NCBI GenBank assembly: GCA_016181765.1 | Contig: JACOYR010000004.1 | Coordinates: 201,853 to 265,852, forward strand | Direction: 5' to 3' | From: Parcubacteria group bacterium | GTDB lineage: Bacteria; Patescibacteriota; Patescibacteriia; UBA2169 | DNA: 64,000 nucleotides | Part shown: in pieces, positions 56,462 to 64,000 of the stretch | Layout: the number at the start of each line of letters is the position of its first letter | Position numbering within the stretch: the first letter of the stretch is position 1 | Translations under genes and position numbers: made by a program | Notes under the pieces: generated by a model | The model's database searches: none | The model's input: the letters and a program-made list of their open reading frames with translations, nothing else | Told to the model about the DNA's origin: nothing

Positions 56462-57519
56462 GAAGATTTTTCGCCCCTAATCTCCTCAACCATCACCCCA
56501 AACCAGTCGCCTGCAATGGTCATCACCGCAACCGCAACCGGAATGGAGAGGATGGCGCCCAAAATCCCGGCAAGTTTCGCGCCGAGCAGAATGACGACAA
56601 TCACCACAATCGGGTTCATGCCCACGGCGCGCTGCATGACCTTGGGCACAATGATGTTGCCTTCAAGCTGCTGGATCACGAGGTACAGAATGACGACCAA
56701 GAGCGCTTTAATCGGGGACTGCAAAAACGCGAGGAGCACGGCGGGTATGGCGCCGATAATAGGGCCCAAAAACGGAATGACCTCGGTGATGCCCGCAATC
56801 AAGGCAAGCACCAGCGAGTACTTGACCCCGAGCGCCAAGAGCCCGATCCAGGTGACCGCAAAAATAATTCCGGAAAGCAGGAGCTGGCCGCGCAGCCACA
56901 GCCCGAGCTTGTCCTGGATGCGGACAAACATGCTTTCCACATACTTCTGGTGGCTCGCGGGCGTCACGGAGCGGATGAAATACTTGAGGCCGTCGCGGCG
57001 GGCGGAAAAGTAAAACGTAAGCACCAGCACTAGGATGAGGGTGGTGAGCCCACCGAAGATGCCGGAGAGGGTTGCCACCACCGAACCGGTGTACGAGGAC
57101 AGGGTCTGGCCAATGGAGCGCAAGTTGCTCTGGAACGCCTCGCCGAAATCGCTCTGGATCTGCAAATTCCCGAACAGGTTTATCAGCCGCTCGTAGTAGA
57201 ACGGGAACGTGGCAGCCAGCTGGTCAATCTGCTCCGTGATTGGGGGGATGAGGAGCACAATCACCAGGCTCAACACGAACACCAGAGCCACGTAGATGAG
57301 GAGGATACCGGCTCCCCGCGGAACGCGCTTCTTCTCCAGCCAGTCAATGGACGGGCCGAGTGATGCGGCAAACACGAGCGACACGAACAAGAGCACCACA
57401 ATGTCCCACACCAGGTAAAAAAACGTAAGCACCGCGAGCACCGCCAGGATTTTGACGATGCTCAACGTTGAGAGGTGTATGGTGGTTGAGTCTTTTGGGT
57501 CTGAAAACGGATTTGCCAT
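56458..57519 (-). CDS. AI-2E family transporter (PerM/UPF0118)
   Basis: The 353-aa, 8-TM product has the typical AI-2E topology. Confidence 0.85.
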   Translation of the reverse strand: MANPFSDPKDSTTIHLSTLSIVKILAVLAVLTFFYLVWDIVVLLFVSLVFAASLGPSIDWLEKKRVPRGAGILLIYVALVFVLSLVIVLLIPPITEQIDQLAATFPFYYERLINLFGNLQIQSDFGEAFQSNLRSIGQTLSSYTGSVVATLSGIFGGLTTLILVLVLTFYFSARRDGLKYFIRSVTPASHQKYVESMFVRIQDKLGLWLRGQLLLSGIIFAVTWIGLLALGVKYSLVLALIAGITEVIPFLGPIIGAIPAVLLAFLQSPIKALLVVILYLVIQQLEGNIIVPKVMQRAVGMNPIVVIVVILLGAKLAGILGAILSIPVAVAVMTIAGDWFGVMVEEIRGEKSS

Positions 57520-57531
57520 ACGCTGATTATA

Positions 57532-58697
57532 CTAGAATTGCAAAAAACGAGCAAACTGCTTTACGGACTTGAACGGGCTTAAGGTGGTGAGGTGCAGTTT
57601 TTTGCGCTGGATAATTTTGTTCGCAACTGCTTTGACGTCGGCAAGCTTGACCTTGTCAATTCTGCGAAACACCTCCTCCGGAGTTTTAATTTTTTTGGCA
57701 AACAGCGCTTGGGACCCGTAGAATGACGCCACGTCCAGAGAATCTTCCTGGCTCAAAGCCATCTTGCCTTTGATGTACTCCTTTGCGCTCGCAAGCTCGT
57801 CTCCCTTGACCCCATTGGCTTTGATGTCCGCAAGCTCAATGCTGATTGCCTCAAGCGCCTTATCAAATTTTTTGAGGTCCAAGCCCGCCTGGATGGTGAA
57901 CGTGCCCGTGTCCTCCAGTGTATCGGATGAGGAGCGGATGAAGTAGCACAGCCCCAAGCGCTCGCGCACCTGGATGAAGAGCCTTGAGCTCATGTTGCCG
58001 CCGAGGATTATGGAAAGCAATCCCAGGGCGTACTTGTCCTTGTGCTCGCCCGCGACCCCCGGAAACCCGAGCACGGCATGAGCCTGGCTCGTCTCTTTGC
58101 GGTGCGCGCTAAATGATTGCTTGTTGATTTCGCGCGAGAGCGGAGCAACGCGGTTGCGGCTGCCGCGTCTGATTGAGCCGAACTGCTTTTGCAGGAGTGA
58201 TAAAACGCGGGCCTTTTGGAAGTTGCCGGCAATGCTTATGGCGATATTGTTGGCGTGGTAGTGCTTCTGCCAGTAATTGACGAGTTGCGAACGCTTCATC
58301 TGCGTGATGGTGTGCGGCGTGCCAATCACGTGCTGGCCAAGTTTTGAACCGCTGCCGAACAAATCCTCTTCAAACAGGTCCTCAACCTTTGCCATGGGAT
58401 TATGGGAAGATGGGTATTCTCGGCCTTGATGTAGTACCCGGTGCTCTCCTTGCCGGTCCAGGCATTGTAGTCCGCGCCGATTGAATCCAGCTCCTTGGAG
58501 ATGATGAGCGTGCTCGGCCGCTTGGCAGTGCCCTTGAACAAGAGGTGCTCCACAAAGTGCGAAATGCCGTTGATGGGATTGGCCTCAAACCGCGAACCCA
58601 CTTTAATCAACACCAAAATGGAAACCGCCCGGGTGGCGGTATTCGGCGAAAGAATTACCTTAATGCCGTTCTTGAGTTTGGTTTGATGAAATGCCAT
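57532..58697 (-). pseudogene. M16-family (insulinase-like) metallopeptidase split by a frameshift near 58330-58395
   Basis: The N-terminal ORF carries the HxxEH zinc motif (HFVEHLLFKGT). The C-terminal ORF (57532-58395) overlaps it by 70 bp in another frame. Confidence 0.7.
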
Positions 58698-58737
58698 GCT
58701 GAAATAGTATCGTTTTTGGGGTAAAATTGCAATGCCC

Positions 58738-59256
58738 TCAAACAACAACAAACCGATACTTCCTTTTCGCCCACACAGGTCCCGCATAGTCCACGCCAAT
58801 GCGCGGAAGGCGCTTGATATCGCTTTTTTTGACGACAACTCCCCTGTCCTCAATCCATAATCCAGTAATGCGGCTCGCGGGCTTTGCGTTGAATGTTTTG
58901 GTGATGGAGAGCGCCTTGGTGAGTTTAGCCGGGCCATTGATACTACCTGCGCCACGGATGAGTATTGCGGCTGGATACTCGCGAGCGCCAGTGACGATAT
59001 TCAGCATCCAGTGCATGCCATACACCAAATACACATACCAAAACCCGGCATCCCCGAACATGGGCGCGTTCCGGAGGGTATTCCCCCTGCTCGCGTGGGA
59101 CGCTTTGTCGTTAAAACCATCATATGCCTCCACTTCCGTAATAGGCAGGCTGATTTCCCTGCTCCCGATTCTGCGGACAAGAAACATGCCCAAAAGCTCT
59201 TCTGCAACTTTGAGCGTGGGGCGGTTGAAAAATACTTGCTTCACTATCGCTCCCAT
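58738..59256 (-). CDS. mpg: DNA-3-methyladenine glycosylase (AAG/Mpg family)
   Basis: The segment …EVEAYDGFNDKASHASRG… matches the family over all 172 aa. Confidence 0.85.
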   Translation of the reverse strand: MGAIVKQVFFNRPTLKVAEELLGMFLVRRIGSREISLPITEVEAYDGFNDKASHASRGNTLRNAPMFGDAGFWYVYLVYGMHWMLNIVTGAREYPAAILIRGAGSINGPAKLTKALSITKTFNAKPASRITGLWIEDRGVVVKKSDIKRLPRIGVDYAGPVWAKRKYRFVVV

Positions 59257-59276
59257 AGAAACAATCAGAATTCAAA

Positions 59277-59621
59277 CTATAGTAACAAACGCTCTTTTAT
59301 TATGGCAATCAACTCTTTCTCATGCTTGTAAATTCCATGCCGCGAAAAGACCAGCAGTGTGGCCGCTTGAGGTGACGCCATTTGAAACGCAAGGCGGTAG
59401 CCGTGCGACTTGCCCACGTTCTCCCCGAGCGGCACGACCCGCGCTTTGTACACGCGCTCATTGCCGAACTCGTTGAACTGCTCAATGCCGGGTGTCTCGG
59501 CTAAACCCTTAACGCAAAACAAGCGCACCCACGCCTGGAGCGATTCTTCCGGAGCTGGGTAGCGCTTGAGTTTTTTAAAATCTTTCTTGATGCCATCGTG
59601 CCGCTCCACCTCCATACTCAC
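59277..59621 (-). CDS. putative toxin partner of the Panacea-domain antitoxin (RelE/ParE-like fold suspected)
   Basis: The 114-aa ORF overlaps the stop of the upstream Panacea gene by 4 bp. Its C-terminus reads YRLAFQM…LLVFSRHGIYKHEKEL. Confidence 0.45.
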   Translation of the reverse strand: MSMEVERHDGIKKDFKKLKRYPAPEESLQAWVRLFCVKGLAETPGIEQFNEFGNERVYKARVVPLGENVGKSHGYRLAFQMASPQAATLLVFSRHGIYKHEKELIAIIKERLLL

Positions 59622-60124
59622 ACCTTCGCCATCTCTCCATACGTATTGCGATAGTAGGACAAATTGTAATCAATCACGCCGTCCGGCTTGGTGGCAATCC
59701 AGGGCGCCTCGCCGTGGCTCGCGTTCTTCATTTCGGCGCCGGAAAACTTTTCCCATTTGCCAGCAATCTCCTCAAGCATCAAGAGTTCTTCTCTGCTGAA
59801 CGCGGAAACGTCAAACGGCTTGAGGGGTTCTATGAGCTGCTGCTCCCGGTATCCGTCCACAACAGCGCGCCTGCTGATTTTGATGTCCCGGCCATCCATC
59901 TTCTTGAGCATCTTTTCCGCCATGCGCGGCACCGGCCCGTTCTCAAACCGCAGGTACTGGTCGCCGGTAACTGACCTACCGTATTTCTCAAAAAAATCAA
60001 AATCCAAAAAGTAGAGCAGCTTCATGAGTTTGAGCTTCCCTAGTGTCCCGTTGCGAACTTTATTAGCAAAAAAAAGTACTGCGTTGCGGTACTTTTTCTC
60101 ATTGATTCGGAATCGTGCGGTCAT
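59618..60124 (-). CDS. Panacea-domain (DUF4065, SocA/GepA-like) antitoxin
   Basis: The segment KLMKLLYFLDFDFFEKYGRSVTGDQYLRFENGPV matches the Panacea/DUF4065 core. The ORF is open to 60154. Confidence 0.65.
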   Translation of the reverse strand: MTARFRINEKKYRNAVLFFANKVRNGTLGKLKLMKLLYFLDFDFFEKYGRSVTGDQYLRFENGPVPRMAEKMLKKMDGRDIKISRRAVVDGYREQQLIEPLKPFDVSAFSREELLMLEEIAGKWEKFSGAEMKNASHGEAPWIATKPDGVIDYNLSYYRNTYGEMAKV

Positions 60125-60254
60125 AGCGCTTACAGTATATAACAAAAACGGCATGGCCGCAACACAGCCCTATTCCGCTGCTAAGCGCCACCTACTCACG
60201 CTCGCCCACGCCCGGCTGGAACCGCCAATAGCAATGATGTATTTTTTTGGCATG

Positions 60255-61574
60255 TCAATTAAGTTTCTCCCGCACATACCCCGCAAGTTCCCCAACCTTG
60301 ACGCGCACTTGCTGCATAGTGTCGCGGTCCCGGATGGTGGCTGTGTCGTCCTCAAGCGTGGTAAAGTCTATGGTGATGCAGTAGGGCGTGCCGATCTGGT
60401 CCTGGGAGTAGTAGCGCTTGCCCACATTGCCCCTATCATCCCAGACAGCCATGAACTTCTGGCGCAGGTCCTGGTAGATACTTTGCGCTTTTGCAACGAG
60501 CTCGGGCTTGTTGCGCATGAGCGGAAACACCGCAACTTTGTAGGGCGCGAGCTTTGGAGCGAGTTTGAGCACTTCCCTATCACCCTCTTGGCTGTAGCTG
60601 CTTGCGAGGATAGCAAGCAAGGTGCGGTCAACGCCCAATGATGGCTCTATCACGTGCGGCCAAAAATCTTCGCCTGATGCAGGGTCTTTGTACGGAGCTT
60701 CCTTAAAGTGGTTTTTGAGGTCAAAGTCCGTGCGGTACGCAAGCCCGTACAACTCGTCTTTTCCGAACGGAAAATCAAACTGGAAATCAACAGTCTTTTT
60801 TGAGTAGTGCGCCAACTCATCCTTGGGCACGTCAAACTCATGCACCTTGCCGGAATTGATGCCGCAAGCTTTGATCCATTCATGCATTTCTTTTACCCAC
60901 ATTGCAAACGGCTCCTCCCAATCCTTGTCGTCTTTTGGCGCGGGAATAAAGTACTCAATCTCCATCTGCTCAAACTCGCGCGTGCGGAAAATGAAGTTGC
61001 CTGGAGTGATTTCGTTGCGGAACGCTTTTCCGATTTGCGCAATGCCGAACGGCAATGTCTTGCGCGAAGTTTGCAGTACGTTTTTAAAATCAACAAAAAT
61101 CGCCTGCGCGGTTTCCGGGCGCAGGTACACAACATTGCTCTCATCCTCAACCGGCCCCAAGTGCGTGCGGAACATCATGTTAAACTGCGCTGGCGCAGTG
61201 AGTTCCCCCGCGCACTCCGGACAAGAACCACCCCCTGACCCCCTCCTCGTTTGAGGAGGGGGAAGTTTATCGGCGCGGAAACGCGAGTGGCACTTTTTGC
61301 ACTCAACCATGGGGTCATTGAACTCGGAAACATGGCCGCTCGCCTCCCACACTTTTGGGTTCATAATCAATGCCGCGTCCAAGCCCACCATGTCATCCCG
61401 CCTGCGCACAAACAGGTCCCACCAGAGCGCTTTGATGTTGTTTTTGAGCTCAACCCCCAAGGGGCCATAGTCCCAGGAGTTGGCAAGGCCCCCGTAAATT
61501 TCGCTTCCCGGGTAGATAAATCCCCGCTGCTTGGCCAGAGAAATAATTTTTTCCATGAGGTCTTGTTTTTGCAT
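60255..61574 (-). CDS. glyQS: glycyl-tRNA synthetase (dimeric GlyQS type)
   Basis: …GGLANSWDYGPLGVELKNNI… and class II motifs are present. A GC palindromic element (61227-61262) is inserted in frame and encodes ADKLPPPQTRRGSGGGS. Confidence 0.95.
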   Translation of the reverse strand: MQKQDLMEKIISLAKQRGFIYPGSEIYGGLANSWDYGPLGVELKNNIKALWWDLFVRRRDDMVGLDAALIMNPKVWEASGHVSEFNDPMVECKKCHSRFRADKLPPPQTRRGSGGGSCPECAGELTAPAQFNMMFRTHLGPVEDESNVVYLRPETAQAIFVDFKNVLQTSRKTLPFGIAQIGKAFRNEITPGNFIFRTREFEQMEIEYFIPAPKDDKDWEEPFAMWVKEMHEWIKACGINSGKVHEFDVPKDELAHYSKKTVDFQFDFPFGKDELYGLAYRTDFDLKNHFKEAPYKDPASGEDFWPHVIEPSLGVDRTLLAILASSYSQEGDREVLKLAPKLAPYKVAVFPLMRNKPELVAKAQSIYQDLRQKFMAVWDDRGNVGKRYYSQDQIGTPYCITIDFTTLEDDTATIRDRDTMQQVRVKVGELAGYVREKLN

Positions 61575-61639
61575 ACAATAGCTCTATGATAGCACGAAAG
61601 CTTGACAAAAATCAATCAATGTGCAAGTATACACGTACT

Positions 61640-62190
61640 TTCGCGATTCCCCGCTCCTTAACACGCCAGGCTAGCCCCCTCTCTTCAGAGAGCCTGGCCG
61701 GCCCGGCAGGCCTCGCCCTGCGGACGCACGTCCGTGCCTGTCCGGGCCACTGTACTTCGGCCTCGTTGCAATCAGCTGCCTTGGCTGCCCCCCAGCCAGT
61801 GCTTTGTCCGCTGATTGAGGCCGGAAGCCCAGCTTCTTTGCTCGCAACACCCCTCCGCGAGCACGGCGACAAGAAGCTGGCGCTGCGCGGAGGGTGCGGC
61901 GCTAGACGCACCCTCCGCGCTCATCTGCTCTTCTTAAAAAACCCACGTCGGTTGCCGCCGCGCGAGCAGATCGCCATCTGCTTTCTCCCTTGGCAGCCGA
62001 CACGCCGGCGGGCGTTTCTCATCTCGTCGCCCGCCGGCACCTTCCGCCGACCCGCTCCTCGGGCCCCAGCCGCAAAACGGCGGGAAAAGAATGGGTCGGC
62101 CGCCATGGCAGGCCTTCATCCTGGCATGGCAAGCCCGGCGGGTGGTGCTTTGCGGCTTCGGTCGCATTGCATCACCCCCGGGTCTTTTTT
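61640..62190 (+). other. about 550-bp, about 70% GC, hairpin-dense non-coding region ending in a T7 run (candidate structured RNA or decayed element)
   Basis: There are several perfect 8-14-bp stems (gcgcggagggtgcg…cgcaccctccgcgc, gccggcgggcg…cgcccgccggc, caatcagc…gctgattg). Only Arg/Ala/Pro-rich junk ORFs are found here. Confidence 0.3.
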
Positions 62191-62193
62191 TAC

Positions 62194-63285
62194 TTACAGT
62201 TTTCCCTTGCTGACGGCAGTGCGGATGCGGCGCATCAATTCAAGGTAAAAATCCACGTTATTGAGCGTGGCGAGCCGCACTGCGAGCGGCTCTTGTGTTT
62301 TGAAAAGGTGGTGCAGGTACGCGCGCGAATACGTTTGCAGCTCTTTGATGTGTGATTGCGCGTTGATGGGAACAAAGGACTTTGCGAATCGCGCGTTGGT
62401 GATGGATGCGGCTTCGTACCCGAATCCCGCGCCTTTCCAAAAGTACAGCCGAGCGTGCCTGGCTTCGCGCGTGGGAATCACGCAGTCAAACAAATCAATG
62501 CCGCGTTTTACGGCCGCAACAATCTGTTCCGGCTTGCCCACGCCCATAAGGTAGCGCGGCTTTTCGGCCGGAAGTTCGGGGACCGTGTACTCAAGGACTT
62601 TGAACATGTCGCTTGCCGGCTCGCCGACCGCCAAACCGCCGATGGCATACCCGTCAAAATCCAGATTGACCAATTCGCGCGCTGATTTAAGGCGCAAGTC
62701 CGGATGGATTGAACCCTGTACAATTGCAAACAACAGTGCGTTATTAAGATTGCCGCGTCGCTTCGCTCCTCGCAATGACATAGTAGCCCACTTCGTCGTC
62801 AACTCTACTGCGCGTTCCGCTTCTTTGCGGGAGCAGGGGTACGCCGGGCACACGTCAAGGACCATGCGGATGTCCGAACCGATCACTTCCTGGATCTCCA
62901 GGGCTTTTTTCGGAGTCAGCAAAAACTCTCTGCCGTCTCTGTGCGACCGAAACCGGACGCCTTCCGGGAGAATCTTGCGGATCTTTGCCAGTGAAAAAAC
63001 CTGGAACCCGCCCGAGTCCGTAAGCAACGGGCCGTGCCAATCCATGAACTTGTGCAAGCCTCCTGCCTTTTTCAAAATTAACAGCCCGGGCTGCAACAGC
63101 TGGTGATACGTATTTGAGAGGATGATCTGCGCTTTGAGATTGCGCATATCATCTCCGGTCAAAGATTTGACCGCGCCCTTGGTTGCGATGGGGCAAAAAA
63201 ACGGCGTCTGGATAGAGCCGTGCGGCGTCTTGAGCGTGCCGAGCCGCGCCAGTGAGCGCCTGGATTGTTTGCGGATAGCGAACAT
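62194..63285 (-). CDS. tgt: queuine tRNA-ribosyltransferase
   Basis: The motif …GSIQTPFFCPIATKGAVK… and the zinc-binding C-terminus are present. Confidence 0.95.
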   Translation of the reverse strand: MFAIRKQSRRSLARLGTLKTPHGSIQTPFFCPIATKGAVKSLTGDDMRNLKAQIILSNTYHQLLQPGLLILKKAGGLHKFMDWHGPLLTDSGGFQVFSLAKIRKILPEGVRFRSHRDGREFLLTPKKALEIQEVIGSDIRMVLDVCPAYPCSRKEAERAVELTTKWATMSLRGAKRRGNLNNALLFAIVQGSIHPDLRLKSARELVNLDFDGYAIGGLAVGEPASDMFKVLEYTVPELPAEKPRYLMGVGKPEQIVAAVKRGIDLFDCVIPTREARHARLYFWKGAGFGYEAASITNARFAKSFVPINAQSHIKELQTYSRAYLHHLFKTQEPLAVRLATLNNVDFYLELMRRIRTAVSKGKL

Positions 63286-63932
63286 TACTCAATGTTTCCC
63301 AATGTCACGCCGTTCAGAAACAGCTCCATTGCCTCCCCGGCCGCATCATCAACCACTTTGAATTCACTGCGCTCAAGGAGGGCCGCGGAATCCGAAAGCG
63401 CGGACGTTGGAGTAACGCCGATCTTGAAGCGCACCTCAATGGGCAGCTCAAGCGCTGGCACGCGTGATGCCTTCCACACAACGTTCCGCGTGCCTGGGTC
63501 AAAGCTGATTTCGCCGACCGCGAGGCTTGTATCGTCTTTCCACGAAACAGGGCTCGGCAGCCGTACTGCGAGCGTAAGGTCGCGCAAGCCGGACGTGGTT
63601 GGCCCAATGTTCCACTGCATGACGTACACCGTCTCCTGGCCCGGGAGCGGCGGGTGCGGGCCCGATCCCAGAACCGCGCCTTCAGGGCTCGTATACAAGC
63701 CCATGATGTCAAAATCAATATCCGCGAGAATGTTGATGAGATGCTCTTCGCTTACGACAGAAACCTCCTGGTCCCCGAGCTTGGCTTTAACCTCTGCCCC
63801 GGCAACCAAGCGAGGCACTCCGGCAAATCCGCGCGGCGGCCGCTTGGCTGTGGTGAGGCTCAAGCGCAGCGCGGCACTTGCGTCCGGGCGCAACGAATCC
63901 AGAGCCGGCGTTGTGGCGGTGTCCCAGAACAC
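63285..63932 (-). CDS. hypothetical protein (215 aa; may extend upstream beyond the listed start)
   Basis: The GC-rich ORF overlaps the tgt start by 1 bp. No domain was recognised. Confidence 0.45.
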   Translation of the reverse strand: MFWDTATTPALDSLRPDASAALRLSLTTAKRPPRGFAGVPRLVAGAEVKAKLGDQEVSVVSEEHLINILADIDFDIMGLYTSPEGAVLGSGPHPPLPGQETVYVMQWNIGPTTSGLRDLTLAVRLPSPVSWKDDTSLAVGEISFDPGTRNVVWKASRVPALELPIEVRFKIGVTPTSALSDSAALLERSEFKVVDDAAGEAMELFLNGVTLGNIE

Positions 63933-64000
63933 GCTGCCGGATTCGTAGAACCCCCCGTTCTGAATGTTGAGGGATGCGGAGTCCCACAGGCTCTCGCTGG

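Noticed and set aside
61640-62190. RNase P RNA or tmRNA in the GC-rich non-coding stretch
   Set aside because: I did not find the conserved P4 or J15/16 motifs (AGGAAAGUCCGG, ACAGAAUCCGGCUUA). I also did not find a tRNA-like 3' end with GGUUCGAUUCC…CCA and a tag-peptide ORF.
61586-62248. A 220-aa + strand ORF and several minus-strand ORFs across the GC-rich region between glyQS and tgt
   Set aside because: Their translations are Arg/Pro/Ala-rich low-complexity sequences typical of non-coding high-GC DNA. The 220-aa ORF overlaps the tgt 3' end. The region is better explained as a structured non-coding element.

Overview
The window is 64 kb from a bacterial chromosome of about 60% GC. The truncated ThrRS, the minimal MetRS, the tight gene packing and the many small secreted or membrane proteins suggest a Patescibacteria/CPR-like organism, but this is not certain. 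All stop codons, including TGA, are used as stops. The GC-rich backbone carries these housekeeping genes: dnaE (3' end), thrS, miaA, gatB, a dcd-dut/tmk-thyA-folA dTTP-synthesis operon, secE-nusG-rplK-rplA, gyrB, pheST, a UvrD-like helicase-nuclease, the complete atp(I)BEFHAGDC operon, rmuC, tatD, cvpA, metG, an AI-2E transporter, an M16 peptidase, mpg, glyQS and tgt. The accessory content is as follows.

- A roughly 7-kb AT-rich island (about 6140-13200) lies beside a tyrosine recombinase. It carries a nucleoside-deoxyribosyltransferase-like gene flanked by 28-bp inverted repeats, a secreted LamG/TSP1-like/trypsin-like protease, a class II Fic AMPylase, a NYN nuclease, gene fragments, and two families of palindromic intergenic repeats. 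It abuts a truncated MFS gene.
- Several toxin-antitoxin modules are present: HepT/MNT, ParE-like, and a Panacea antitoxin with its toxin.
- A three-gene small-protein and lipoprotein operon is driven by a perfect sigma70-type promoter, with a conserved long hairpin module repeated before every gene.
- A degenerate HTH-Fic gene sits between 37-bp direct repeats that duplicate a terminator.
- A family of roughly 36-85-bp GC palindromes (CCCCCTCC...GGAGGGGG...GGGGGTGGT) is inserted in frame inside at least five, and probably six, housekeeping genes, adding Pro/Gly-rich loops.

Three genes (rmuC, metG, M16 peptidase) are split by frameshifts within 6 kb. A 550-bp, roughly 70% GC, hairpin-rich non-coding stretch separates glyQS from tgt. 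No rRNA, tRNA or CRISPR was recognised.
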